64,000 nucleotides of DNA. Origin: a virus. The notes beneath the pieces were generated by a model that had not been told where the DNA came from, ran no database searches, and saw only the letters and a program-made list of their open reading frames with translations. Both the position numbers and the translations under genes were made by a program. Positions within the stretch are counted from its first letter, which is position 1. The number at the start of each line of letters is the position of its first letter. This document shows, piece after piece, positions 1 to 9,431 of the stretch. Location of the stretch: positions 1 to 64,000 of the IMG/VR virus record IMGVR_UViG_3300046782_000218, one strand, 5' to 3'.

Positions 1-175
1 AAGTGCTGTTATCGACCGGGCGTAGTCCACTTGGGCGGATACTGCGCGCCGTCTTGAGTCCATCGATCCGGACTGTGCGTGACCGGCGTTGGTGAGGTCG
101 TCAGTCCTTTGACCAGCACTGAAACGCCGAAACATACAGACAGAGTCAGAAACGCCACGCTGATTTTGAGCTTCA

Positions 176-934
176 TCACAACCCTTTCGCCAGCTTGGGC
201 CACGCACCCATTGGCCACGATGTGCCGCACTTTGAGCACCGGATGCTGACAGACCCCAGCCGGACAGACAGCAGGTTTCGGCAGGGAACACCATCGGTCA
301 ACGTCGGACAGTGCCCGAGCTGCAGTTTATGCGCAGCCTTAGCGTCAGGGTCGGTGGGGTCGATGATGCGCTTGCATTCGGTCACCAGACGCTCTACGTC
401 CTGCCGGAATTCACCAAAATCATCTCGGCATTCGGCTGCCCAAGACAAACTGGCCAGCAGAGCATTAATGGCGATGTCCAGCTGACCCAACACGAGCTTA
501 TCACCGACAATGTGCGAGATCGCAGGACCTGACCACACCACCCGCTGAAATTTGCGAGCAACGTGCCAGGTGTTGACCCAAAACCGCAAGGTAGCAACGG
601 CTCCGCTTTCCGCCGTCAAGCTCACTGCGTTAACGTTGAGAGGGGCAGGTGCCTCAACTCGCTTAGCGGACCTCTCGGACCTGCCGAACGAGGTCAACTC
701 GTAGGCACCTGCCCCCATACCGATCAACGTCGCGTAAAGACCGTGTTCACCGCCCAGAGTGATTAGCTTGCGCTCGATGTCTTCCTCACACACCGGACAC
801 ACTGACCGATTAAGCTCGACGTCTGAACGGCCCATTGACCGGTGACACGATGAGCAACGCACGTTACGCCATCCGGCTGTACGGAGGGAACTGCCGGACC
901 AGCGCTTTGGCCAGCTGGCGCGCTTGAAACGCAT
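176..934 (-). CDS. Hypothetical protein with Cys-pair (Zn-finger-like) motifs; true start probably nearer 835
   Basis: CPVC, HCP..PC and CSKC motifs in the ORF track; the 5' part overlaps the end of the NERD gene. Confidence 0.55.
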   Translation of the reverse strand: MRFKRASWPKRWSGSSLRTAGWRNVRCSSCHRSMGRSDVELNRSVCPVCEEDIERKLITLGGEHGLYATLIGMGAGAYELTSFGRSERSAKRVEAPAPLNVNAVSLTAESGAVATLRFWVNTWHVARKFQRVVWSGPAISHIVGDKLVLGQLDIAINALLASLSWAAECRDDFGEFRQDVERLVTECKRIIDPTDPDAKAAHKLQLGHCPTLTDGVPCRNLLSVRLGSVSIRCSKCGTSWPMGAWPKLAKGL

Positions 935-1592
935 TGGGCCGACCGTCCTGAACGGCCTTCAACGTGCTGACCAAGTTAGCCTGCTCGATCACGTAGAAGA
1001 ACTCGTTAACCGCGATCCACCCGGACGGATGCCGATGCCGGTCAACCGTGGCTCCGTCGAGAACCAGAATCGACACTGCCGGAACACCCAGCAGGTCGCT
1101 AACCCGGCTGGTCTCCCAAGCGATGGTCTGCACCGACCGGTCTTGATTCCACGGGCCGTAGAACAAGCTTTGGCCCTTCATGTACACTGGGGCGTTCTTG
1201 GCGTGCCAAGCCTTGGTGTCGCCTACCACTACACCGCGACCGGAAGGCATCACCCAAACGTGGTCGAGGTTGGCTTTCGACTTCGGTATCGACAGATCAT
1301 CGTAGAGTCGCCAGCCGGTGCGTCGAAGGCCACGCACCTTGCGGCTCGTCCGTCGTTCTCCGTCAGCCCCTTGTCGCCAGCGGGCACCCGCCGCACGCAC
1401 CCCACGAAAGCCCGGAACGGCCCCTCCGAGCGCTCCGAGGACGGCCCCCGCTACTGCGGCCCCTGAGCCGCCCACGGAGCCCACGGCACCCCCTCCGGCG
1501 GCTGTGATGAGCACCAGCTTGCCGGATTTTCTGATGTGTTCGTTGGTGAGCTGCCTGGCCTTGGCCCTGGCAGAGGACCCAGCTCTGTTCAT
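864..1592 (-). CDS. NERD-domain PD-(D/E)XK nuclease with N-terminal Gly/Ala-rich hydrophobic segment
   Basis: GWRLYDDLSIP..ANLDHVWV..GVVVGDTKAW and G..GE..T signature; AGGAGG RBS upstream. Confidence 0.8.
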   Translation of the reverse strand: MNRAGSSARAKARQLTNEHIRKSGKLVLITAAGGGAVGSVGGSGAAVAGAVLGALGGAVPGFRGVRAAGARWRQGADGERRTSRKVRGLRRTGWRLYDDLSIPKSKANLDHVWVMPSGRGVVVGDTKAWHAKNAPVYMKGQSLFYGPWNQDRSVQTIAWETSRVSDLLGVPAVSILVLDGATVDRHRHPSGWIAVNEFFYVIEQANLVSTLKAVQDGRPNAFQARQLAKALVRQFPPYSRMA

Positions 1593-1617
1593 TTTTTGAC
1601 CTCCTGGACTTTGCTAC

Positions 1618-1657
1618 GCGACGACCCCCCGGCTGGTCCGACTGCCGGGGGGTCGTT
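1618..1657. terminator. GC-rich hairpin after the 1675-2289 gene
   Basis: ACGACCCCCCGG ... CCGGGGGGTCGT inverted repeat. Confidence 0.55.
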
Positions 1658-1674
1658 CGGTTGTTGGGAACTGC

Positions 1675-2289
1675 TCAGAAGAGCGACTCGTCGTCGGAGC
1701 CGTTGGCGTCCGCGTCGGCCTCGGCCGGAGTGGTGGCCGCCTGAGCCGCAGCCTTGGCCGCCTTCGCGGCGTCCGCCTCCGCCTTCTTCGCGGCCTTCTT
1801 GGCAGCGGCCTCGGCTTCACGATCGGCCTTCTTGGCAGCGGCTTCCTCCTTCTTGGCCGCCTTGTCCGCCTCGGCCTGGGCCTTCTTGGTGTCGCGGACC
1901 TCGGCCTTCGCGGCCTTGTCGGCGAGCAGGGACTTGGCGCGAGCGATGCCGTCGGCGACCTTGGGGCCGAAGCCGTACTCGTTGGCCGCGTCCTGGGCGG
2001 ACATCTCGACGTCCTCGCCGTCCACGTTCTTGTAAACCGGGATGTCGGTCGCGCCGAGCTTGATGAGCTGGGACTTGAGCTTGGCGTCGTGGCCCGGGGC
2101 GAAGTTGCCGTTGGTGGTGGCGGTGCAGGGGACCAGCTCGTCCAGGACCGCGCTGTCACCCTCGCCGACGATCTTGCTGTACAGGCCGCACTTGCACTTG
2201 ACGGGAACCTTGGGCTCCTTGACCGGGGTCGCGGGGGCTTCGACCTCGTCGGTTGCGGCGGTCTCGTTCTCGACGGTTTCGGTGCTCAT
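1675..2289 (-). CDS. PGHDA-motif Zn-binding protein with Ala/Lys-rich tail (paralog 1)
   Basis: CKCG..C..FAPGHDAKLKSQLIK; ATG at 2289 after AAGGAG; own promoter at 2342-2371. Confidence 0.75.
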   Translation of the reverse strand: MSTETVENETAATDEVEAPATPVKEPKVPVKCKCGLYSKIVGEGDSAVLDELVPCTATTNGNFAPGHDAKLKSQLIKLGATDIPVYKNVDGEDVEMSAQDAANEYGFGPKVADGIARAKSLLADKAAKAEVRDTKKAQAEADKAAKKEEAAAKKADREAEAAAKKAAKKAEADAAKAAKAAAQAATTPAEADADANGSDDESLF

Positions 2290-2341
2290 TGGGCTTTTTC
2301 TCCTTGGTAGGAATTCACTGTATGTCCTGCGGTATGCTCCG

Positions 2342-2371
2342 ATTCTATCATAGCAACCGGGGGTCACGCAA
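2342..2371 (-). promoter_or_regulatory. sigma70/HrdB-type promoter with extended -10
   Basis: TTGCGT-N18-TAGAAT with TG before -10 on the minus strand; member of a repeated family. Confidence 0.75.
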
Positions 2372-2380
2372 GTGATTCGT

Positions 2381-2878
2381 TCAGGCTGCCAGAGCCATGC
2401 CGCTGGCCGCCCAAATCAGGTTGTCCGACGCGTCCCAAAGCAGGTCGGCCAGGTGGCTCAGGCCGTGAGCGTCAGCACGGTCCGCCCGGTCCGCGAGACG
2501 GTCCGACAGGCTCTCAGTGATCTCGATCGGACCCAACTCGGCCAGTTCGTCGGACACTTCGCGACGGTTGGCCTCGTTCTCTTCGCGAGGAACGACGAAT
2601 CCCATCCGGTGGATCGTGTAGAACAAGATGCGATCGATGCGGAATGACCGCTGTTCGCCGGTCTCACGGTCCATCGCGATAACTCGAATGTCGCCAACCT
2701 CGCTGACTGCCGCATCGAAAATCTCGATGGTTCGCACGGTCTCCACCAGACGGCCGGTCTTGCGGCCGGTGACCTCGTCTTTCTCCTCCTTGAGCGCCGT
2801 GATGGTTACGGCGTTCTTGCGGTCCATTGCGCGCAGCAGGTCCACCAGGGTCTTGTGCTGGTTGATTGCTTTGCGCAT
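2381..2878 (-). CDS. Stand-alone WYL-domain protein
   Basis: RTIE...VIAMDRETGEQRSFRIDRI matches the WYL core R.FR.DRI; promoter at 2918-2946. Confidence 0.75.
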   Translation of the reverse strand: MRKAINQHKTLVDLLRAMDRKNAVTITALKEEKDEVTGRKTGRLVETVRTIEIFDAAVSEVGDIRVIAMDRETGEQRSFRIDRILFYTIHRMGFVVPREENEANRREVSDELAELGPIEITESLSDRLADRADRADAHGLSHLADLLWDASDNLIWAASGMALAA

Positions 2879-3270
2879 GATGTCCGCCTCCGGGTTGTTC
2901 TCTGTCCTTGTGGTACTATTTTATCATGGGACAGGGCCCAGCACAATTCACGGCTTGCGTCGGTTTCGGAACAGGACAACTACCCCGTTGATGATAATAG
3001 CCAACGCAGTTAGCCAGCACGCGGCTCCGTACATCAAGCAAAAGAATCTGGTTTGATCACTGGTCATTGACGTTACCTCTCATTGCACGTCTGTGCCCCC
3101 ACCCGACACGGGTAAGGGGCAACAGCGTGGGGGCCGATCAGTGCTTGCGACTGACGGCTTCGCGGATCTTGGCCGCTTCTCGGTCGAAGGCTCGGCTGAT
3201 CGCCGAGTAGACTCCGATTCCGAGCGTCAGAACCGCCAGCAGAGCTAGCAGCAAAACGACGGGGTTCACG

Positions 3271-3519
3271 TCAATTCACCTCCTCAGCGTTGTCGAAAAC
3301 GGCTGTTGACCACACGAAGTTGACGACCTCGACCATGTTGGGATCGTAGTCGGTGTTGGCCAGTGCCCACTCGATGGCGGACACTTCCAGCTGAGCCTCG
3401 TTGAACAGGCCGTTAACGGTGCCGGAATTTTCCACGTGCGCCAACGCCAGTTCACCGTACTCGTTGCTGACGCTGAGTTCGGCGTGCCACACGAACTCGG
3501 TGATCACTCGGCCGTCCAC
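3271..3519 (-). CDS. Small acidic hypothetical protein
   Basis: GGGGAG RBS, GTG start, TGnTAGAAT -10 near 3553. Confidence 0.55.
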   Translation of the reverse strand: MDGRVITEFVWHAELSVSNEYGELALAHVENSGTVNGLFNEAQLEVSAIEWALANTDYDPNMVEVVNFVWSTAVFDNAEEVN

Positions 3520-3602
3520 GGTTTCTCCCCTGTATGTCCTGTTGTTAGTACCATTCTAACACAGGACGGCCCCCGGGGGAATTCCCCCGGGGGCCGTAAC
3601 CG

Positions 3603-4298
3603 TCAGTCAGCGTCGATCACGAAGTGCTCGTAGGCCACGGAGTAATCGGCCTTCTCAATGGTGGAGCTGCGAAGCTCGGTCTTGTCACCGAGCCACGCCT
3701 TGGCGTTCTTGGTGAACGTCTCCAGGTCGGTGCCGAAGCTGTATCCGATCGGCTCGTGGCTGTTCTTCTGGCCGTCCGACTTCTGCAGGTTCCTCATCAC
3801 GGCGCGCGTGGCCGGGTCCTCGCCGATCCGCGCGGTGATCGATTCCGCAAAGCGACGCTGTTCGCGGCTGATGCCCTCCGCTACCTTCATTGTGATCTTG
3901 TCGCCGAATTGCCTCGCGGCGTCCAGCGCGTGCTCGTGGCCGCCCATCATGTTACCCTTGGCGTTTCCCCACGCCCGGATCAGGAATCCCTTAGCCTTGG
4001 CGTCATGGCCGGGGAGGAACTTCCGGCCTTTGCCCGGGGTGCGGGTGACGTCGCAACCGGTGTGGTGGAGCACCCCGGCACGGTCCCGATATCCCAGGGT
4101 CGCGCACCCGCACACCGTGGCCTCGGCAAGGTCGGTTACCTTGTAGTCAGACCATCCGCTGGCCGTGGTGTGTGTGAACGCGGGGAGGAACTCCACGTGG
4201 ACGATCTCGCCGACCGGGGTCAGGGAGGGCTCGCTGCGAACCCAACCGATCTCGCCGTTCGGGGTCTTGACCACGGTCCCGATTTCCAGCATCTCCAC
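3603..4298 (-). CDS. PGHDA-motif protein with SH3-like N-terminus (paralog 2)
   Basis: CGC..HTGC..FLPGHDAKAKGFLIR; AAGGAG RBS; promoter at 4329-4358. Confidence 0.7.
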   Translation of the reverse strand: MEMLEIGTVVKTPNGEIGWVRSEPSLTPVGEIVHVEFLPAFTHTTASGWSDYKVTDLAEATVCGCATLGYRDRAGVLHHTGCDVTRTPGKGRKFLPGHDAKAKGFLIRAWGNAKGNMMGGHEHALDAARQFGDKITMKVAEGISREQRRFAESITARIGEDPATRAVMRNLQKSDGQKNSHEPIGYSFGTDLETFTKNAKAWLGDKTELRSSTIEKADYSVAYEHFVIDAD

Positions 4299-4414
4299 CA
4301 GCTCCTTCGTTTCCGTCCTTGTAATAAAATTTTATCATGCCACAACGGGGAAACGCAAGTCCCCTCGCCCGGTCGATCTCGGGCGAGGGGACGTCTTGCG
4401 AAGCGCGGATCGGG

Positions 4415-4819
4415 TCAGCCGACGTGCGGGTTGCTCTTGTTGGCCGCTACCTGGCGCACGAGGTCGGCGATCAGGTCGGCCAACGTGGCGTTCGGTCGGT
4501 TGGACACCCGGGCCTGCTCGGCTCCACTGGAGTCTTCCGCGACCAGATCACCGTACCCGTCCGCCACCACGGTCATGACGTGGAACCCGCCGTTGCCCGC
4601 GTTGATCGTCATGGGCTGCACCTTCACGTCGGTCGCCTTGACCGCGTGCGGGCTAAACTTGTCGGCGAGAGCCTCAGCCAGGATCTCGTTGAGGAGGTCC
4701 GCCGGGCTGATCTCGCGCGCTGCGGCTACCTGCTTGACGATCTGGGCAGTTGCCCCGGTCAGCCGTCCGTCGAAGTTGACGAACTGCAGAAAGTCGGGGA
4801 TGGGCTGGATGTCGGCCAC
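4415..4819 (-). CDS. Hypothetical protein in its own promoter/terminator cassette
   Basis: GAGGAG RBS, promoter 4864-4893, hairpin 4360-4392 downstream. Confidence 0.6.
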   Translation of the reverse strand: MADIQPIPDFLQFVNFDGRLTGATAQIVKQVAAAREISPADLLNEILAEALADKFSPHAVKATDVKVQPMTINAGNGGFHVMTVVADGYGDLVAEDSSGAEQARVSNRPNATLADLIADLVRQVAANKSNPHVG

Positions 4820-4911
4820 GGTGGTCTCCTCAGGTCGGGGCGGGGGGTCCCGCCGTTAGTACCATTCTACCACATCGCCCCCGGGTCACGCAACCCGGGG
4901 GCCGGAAGCCC

Positions 4912-5046
4912 TTAGGCCAACTCACCGTCGCAGTCGTCCCACACCCGGTGGTTGGCCGCCGCGTCGTCGCGAGCGTCGTCCAGGTCCGTGGACTCGGCGG
5001 TAAGGACGGTTCCGCACTCCTGGCAGGTGAACCGGAACTCGTTCAT
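4912..5046 (-). CDS. 44-aa Zn-finger-like microprotein (absent from the ORF track)
   Basis: Hand translation MNEFRFTCQECGT...HRVWDDCDGELA; GGAGG RBS; promoter 5076-5105. Confidence 0.6.
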   Translation of the reverse strand: MNEFRFTCQECGTVLTAESTDLDDARDDAAANHRVWDDCDGELA

Positions 5047-5145
5047 TTTGGGCCTCCGTCGTCGTCGTTAATACCATTCTATCATGGCAACCTGGGTTGG
5101 CACAAGTTGGCGGTCCGCCCGAACTCTGGCGGACCGCCGGTCAGG

Positions 5146-5373
5146 TCACAGCGGGAGGATCTGGTCCTCGGTAACGTCGGTCCGGCCCTCGTCTCCGTAC
5201 CCGTAGAACTCGGATTCGGCCCCGCTGATCTCTCCCCCCAAGCCATCGAGGTCCAGGTCCACCCCAACCATGCGGACGCCGGTGAACAGGTCCACGTACC
5301 ACGCGACCACGGTGGCCTCTGCTACCTCGCCGAAGTAGTCGACGCGCACCTTCTGACCCTTGGTGAACGGCAT
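5146..5373 (-). CDS. Small SH3-like hypothetical protein
   Basis: MPFTKGQKVRV...VTEDQILPL; GAGAGG RBS; promoter 5418-5447. Confidence 0.55.
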   Translation of the reverse strand: MPFTKGQKVRVDYFGEVAEATVVAWYVDLFTGVRMVGVDLDLDGLGGEISGAESEFYGYGDEGRTDVTEDQILPL

Positions 5374-5568
5374 CGGGTGTCCTCTCGTTAGGGGCGGGGT
5401 TCCCACCCTGTAGTACCATTCTACCACGGCACCCCGGGTTGGCACAAGCTGGCGACACGAGCCCACGGACGGCCGTCCCGCGACCTGGGAGGGGCTGGTC
5501 GGTACTCTGGGCCCCCGGGCACGCCGGAGCCCCCCGGTGACGTCACCGGGGGGCTCGGCGGGGGTAGA

Positions 5569-5775
5569 TCAGTGCCGCGTGATCTCGGTCGCGGTCCAGG
5601 TCTCGTCCCGGTCATTTCGCGCGCTGCGCGTGTCCAGTTCCTGCTCGGCCACCCGGCCAATCTCGGCCAAGGTCCCCTCCCGGTCGGCCTCCAGCTCGGC
5701 CAGCGTGGTGTCCACGTGTTGCACGTTGGTTCGACCGGTGGAAGAGGTCAGCTTCACGGAGTGGGTGATCTTCAT
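5569..5775 (-). CDS. Small hypothetical protein
   Basis: MKITHSVKL start after AAGGAG; promoter 5829-5858; hairpin 5527-5557 downstream. Confidence 0.55.
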   Translation of the reverse strand: MKITHSVKLTSSTGRTNVQHVDTTLAELEADREGTLAEIGRVAEQELDTRSARNDRDETWTATEITRH

Positions 5776-5979
5776 TAGGGTCTCCTTGGGGCCGGTGGTT
5801 GGGGGGTCGTCCCCCAACCTCTAATAAAATTATACCATACAACAAACGGTCTGCACAAGTCACCGGCGTGAGGTCTTCCGTAGGGCATCCGGCAACCTAT
5901 CGCAGGCTGGCCGATATTGTGGTACTCCAGACACGCCCGAGCCTCCCGGAATGGTCACGGGAGGCTCGGGCGGGGGTTG

Positions 5980-6558
5980 TCAGACGGTGCGCAGGACCTC
6001 GTACTTCGTGGTCTCCTTGCGGGTGTGGCCGTCCTTGGCCAGGTAGTAGAAGGTGCCGTCCTTCTCGATGCCCTTGTACTCCCACCGGCCTACCTTCGCG
6101 ATGACCTCGGGCTCCTCGGCCGGGGTCGGGGTGTTCTTGGCCTTCTTGGCGTCGCGGGCAATCTCGCGCTGGATTCGGGCCTCCTCGCGCTTCGCGGCCT
6201 TGGCCGCCTTGGCTGCAGCCTTCTCGGTGGCGGTCGCGATGCCATTGGCGACCATGTAGCCGAAGTCGTACCGGTTGGCATGGGTCTGCGCGTCAGCGGA
6301 GACGCTCATCCCGCCCTCGGTCCGGCGGATGTCCGCGCCGTTGATCGTCGCCATCTTGATCAGGAAGCTCTTGAGCTTGGCGTCGTGGCCGGGGGCGAAC
6401 GTGTTGCGGGTCGTCGCGGTGCAACCGGTCGTGAACTCGGCGTCCCAGGTCAGGTCGCCGTCCTCGGTGTCGCGGACGTTCACCAGGACGTCGTACTTGC
6501 TGCACTCGCAGGCGATGAGGTCCTTGACAGTTGCGGCGGGGGCGGTGGTCTCGGTCAT
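5980..6558 (-). CDS. PGHDA-motif protein (paralog 3)
   Basis: CEC..GC..FAPGHDAKLKSFLIK, AKAAK-rich helix; AAGGAG RBS; promoter 6606-6635. Confidence 0.75.
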   Translation of the reverse strand: MTETTAPAATVKDLIACECSKYDVLVNVRDTEDGDLTWDAEFTTGCTATTRNTFAPGHDAKLKSFLIKMATINGADIRRTEGGMSVSADAQTHANRYDFGYMVANGIATATEKAAAKAAKAAKREEARIQREIARDAKKAKNTPTPAEEPEVIAKVGRWEYKGIEKDGTFYYLAKDGHTRKETTKYEVLRTV

Positions 6559-7016
6559 TTCAGGCTCCTTCGGTCGGTGGGGCCGGAGCCCCTGTCGTTA
6601 ATACGATTTTATCATGCGACCGATAACCTGCGCAAGTACCCTTGACCGTGTGATTTGTGTCACACAGCTGACCCCCCGCCCAAGCTAACCAAGCGGAGGG
6701 TCAGTTTGACCGCTTAATCATTCATCGTCTCCAGCGGGGAACGGCTCATCGTCCTTCTTTCCGCACCAGTCGCACATCATGTCACCCCCTCACCACTCCG
6801 GCTCTGACATGATCTGGCTGAAACAGGGGCCGCAGGTGTTGGTGATCAGCAATTCGCGGTCGGCGGGGGTGAGGTACGGGAACGCGTCCTGCGCGAGCTT
6901 GCCGTGAAGGAACGCGTCGTAGTCGTCTGCGTAGACGTTGATGTTCTTACGTACCTCACACTTCGGGCTGACATCGGCAACGCACTTGATAGATACGGCG
7001 ACCATTGGGTCTCTCC

Positions 7017-7385
7017 TCAGTTGTGGCTTCGAAGTGACGGAAGGTGGTTGAGTTGCAGGATGTGGCAACTGGCGTAGTGACCGGCGGCTGGACCAACCCA
7101 TATCGGGATGTCCGGACCATCGACCCACGGAACCAGCCAGGTGGCTGTCAAGCCAACCGCCAGCGTGGTTCGGACGATCGGAATCATTACCTCGGTGCGG
7201 AAAGTGTACCACACTTCATTGGACTGAACACACCAGCCGCACACGCCGCAGCGGCCGGTCTTGCACCCCCGCTCAAGGTCCCAGGCAAGGCCGTGAACCA
7301 ACGAATTTACTTGCTTGGCGGCCAGCGTGTGAGTCGCCGAGCACCGGAGGACCTCGTCCCCCATACCTACGTGAAAATGGTTCAT
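7017..7385 (-). CDS. Hypothetical Cys/His-containing protein
   Basis: GGAGG RBS; CKTGRCGVCGWC. Confidence 0.5.
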   Translation of the reverse strand: MNHFHVGMGDEVLRCSATHTLAAKQVNSLVHGLAWDLERGCKTGRCGVCGWCVQSNEVWYTFRTEVMIPIVRTTLAVGLTATWLVPWVDGPDIPIWVGPAAGHYASCHILQLNHLPSLRSHN

Positions 7386-7435
7386 GGTTCCTCCGTCCGG
7401 CCCCCGCGTCTACGACGACGCGGGGGCGGTCAGGG

Positions 7436-7606
7436 TTACGGCTTGTGGAACAGCCCGGGATCGGGTGCGGGGGCGTTGGCGATGTCGCTTGCGTGCTCGT
7501 CCTCGGCCACCACGTCAGGAGCCGCGTTAGCGCCAGACCAGGCGACGCTGTCGAAATACTCGGCAGCGTCGGCGTCGTCCTTCGGTACCGGGTCGTACTT
7601 GGCCAT
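7436..7606 (-). CDS. 56-aa acidic microprotein (absent from the ORF track)
   Basis: Hand translation MAKYDPVPKDDADAAEYFDS...; GAGAGG RBS; promoter 7651-7680. Confidence 0.55.
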   Translation of the reverse strand: MAKYDPVPKDDADAAEYFDSVAWSGANAAPDVVAEDEHASDIANAPAPDPGLFHKP

Positions 7607-7650
7607 GCCGGTCCTCTCGTCGGTCGGGGTCTTGTCTCCCCGTTATCTCT

Positions 7651-7714
7651 ATTCTATCACGTGATACCGGTCATTCACAATGGATTGTGCCAACTCAGCG
7701 CGGGATGATAGAAT
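7651..7714. promoter_or_regulatory. Back-to-back divergent promoter pair
   Basis: Minus: TTGTGA-N18-TAGAAT (7651-7680); plus: TTGTGC-N18-TAGAAT (7685-7714). Confidence 0.75.
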
Positions 7715-7744
7715 GTTACTAACACTGAGAGATAGGGGCCAACC

Positions 7745-8017
7745 GTGGCGAAAAAGACGATACTTCCTCCGAGGCTGATCGAAGTTGAGGGGCAGACGCT
7801 CTACCTGTTTCCCTCGGAGAGCTATCCGTATCAGAGTGTCAAACTAACTCTGAACGCGTCCAAGGCGCTGGGGTTCAAGCGTCGAGTGTCGCGGAGCGGG
7901 TGGGTCAGCCTGCATCAGGTGTACAAGAGCGGCGGCATCGAATGGGTCAAGGTGTTGACACTCGCCGACAGTTCCAAGTACCTGGTTCCGGACAGCACCA
8001 TCAAAGCCAAGCCCTGA
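7745..8017 (+). CDS. Basic hypothetical protein; the only convincing plus-strand gene
   Basis: Own promoter 7685-7714; hairpin at 8024-8061 shared with convergent purB. Confidence 0.65.
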   Translation: MAKKTILPPRLIEVEGQTLYLFPSESYPYQSVKLTLNASKALGFKRRVSRSGWVSLHQVYKSGGIEWVKVLTLADSSKYLVPDSTIKAKP

Positions 8018-8023
8018 ACAACG

Positions 8024-8061
8024 CGACGCCCCCCGCCGGAGTCAACAAGGCGGGGGGCGTC
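8024..8061. terminator. Hairpin between convergent genes
   Basis: CGACGCCCCCCGCC ... GGCGGGGGGCGTCG perfect inverted repeat. Confidence 0.7.
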
Positions 8062-8072
8062 GGCGTGTCTGA

Positions 8073-9431
8073 TCATTGGTTAGTGACACCCAGCATTCGA
8101 GACAGCCGGTCGAACACGTGGTCGGTGTTGCCAACGGTCATCCGACATACTTCGTGAAGCTCGACCCAGTTCGGGTTGAACTTGGTGTCGTCTAGGTCTC
8201 CAGTCTTGACGCGGTGACGAGCTTCTCGGGCGACTTCGGCGGCCAGCCTGCTGCCCGCGTCGCAGTTGTCCACAGCTGCCTTGACCACGTGCCAGGCGTC
8301 CATGGGGTCGAGACCTTTCTCAACTAGCCAGGTCCTGGCCGTTGCACTCATGACCTCTGGCTCGTGGTCATACGCGTTGGCCGACATGCGGTCGGCGCGC
8401 ACTTCAAGAGTGCCGATCAGGCCGGTGGCCTTGTTGACCATGGTGTCGAGCAGGATCAACGCGGTAGGCAGCGCGATGCGCTCTACGCTGCTATGACTGA
8501 TGTCGCGTTCGTGATGCAACGCGATGTCTTCCAGCGTGGGGCCGACCTGAGCACGCACCAACCGGGCCAAGCCGGACAGATTCTCGCTAACGATCGGGTT
8601 GCGCTTGTGCGGCATGGCCGATGATCCTTGACGACGATCGGCCCCACCTTCGACCAGTTCGCCGACCTCAGTTCGCATTGACAGACGGACCTCCATGGCC
8701 AGCGACTCGATGACCGCTGCAGCCTGCGCGCAGGCGTACACCAAGTGCGCGATGGAATCGCGGAACACTACCTGCGTGGCCGTTATCGGAGCACTGACCG
8801 AAGGTCCGAGCAACAAATGCGCGAACTTGGCCTCGTCATCGTGGCTGATCCGCTTGTAGTCGCCAACCGGGCCGGACAGTTTGGGGGTAACGGCTTCGGC
8901 ACCGGCTCGTCGAAGTAGGCTGTGAGCCCGCACCATGGCAAACGTGACGTCGGCGACCTTGTACCCCCAGGTGGTAACCTCGGCAGCTTGTCCGTGCGTC
9001 CGGCCGATGCGAAGCGTGTTGCGGTGTTCGAGGGCGTGACCCGCAAGTGCCCGTACCAGTTTGTCCATCCGGCGGTCGATGACGGTCCACGAGTTGGCTA
9101 TGGCCAACGACATAGCCGAATCGACCAGGTCCGAGCTGGTCATGTTCCGGTGAACCCACCCATGAGCCACGAGGTGCATGTTACGTCGCCACGCGGCCAG
9201 GAACGCCATCACGTCGTGACCCGTCGTGGCCTCTTCCTCGGCTACGGCGTCCGGGGTGGGCACCTGAGCCCGTGCCATGGCTTCCGTGGCTTCGGAGGAG
9301 GCTCCCTGGGCCTTCGCGGCGGCAATCTCCACCCTAGCCCAGTCGCGATACTTGGCCTGTTCCGACCAGATGGCCGCCATCTCGCGGCCAAGATACCGCT
9401 TGGGCACCGGAATTTGGTCGAGCGTGTTCAT
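8073..9431 (-). CDS. purB: Adenylosuccinate lyase (fumarase/ASL superfamily)
   Basis: RY..EM..IWS, T.HDVMAF, VH..MTSSD, GRTHGQAAE.TTWG, GSSAMPHKRNP signature, LHHERDISHSSVER. Confidence 0.95.
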   Translation of the reverse strand: MNTLDQIPVPKRYLGREMAAIWSEQAKYRDWARVEIAAAKAQGASSEATEAMARAQVPTPDAVAEEEATTGHDVMAFLAAWRRNMHLVAHGWVHRNMTSSDLVDSAMSLAIANSWTVIDRRMDKLVRALAGHALEHRNTLRIGRTHGQAAEVTTWGYKVADVTFAMVRAHSLLRRAGAEAVTPKLSGPVGDYKRISHDDEAKFAHLLLGPSVSAPITATQVVFRDSIAHLVYACAQAAAVIESLAMEVRLSMRTEVGELVEGGADRRQGSSAMPHKRNPIVSENLSGLARLVRAQVGPTLEDIALHHERDISHSSVERIALPTALILLDTMVNKATGLIGTLEVRADRMSANAYDHEPEVMSATARTWLVEKGLDPMDAWHVVKAAVDNCDAGSRLAAEVAREARHRVKTGDLDDTKFNPNWVELHEVCRMTVGNTDHVFDRLSRMLGVTNQ

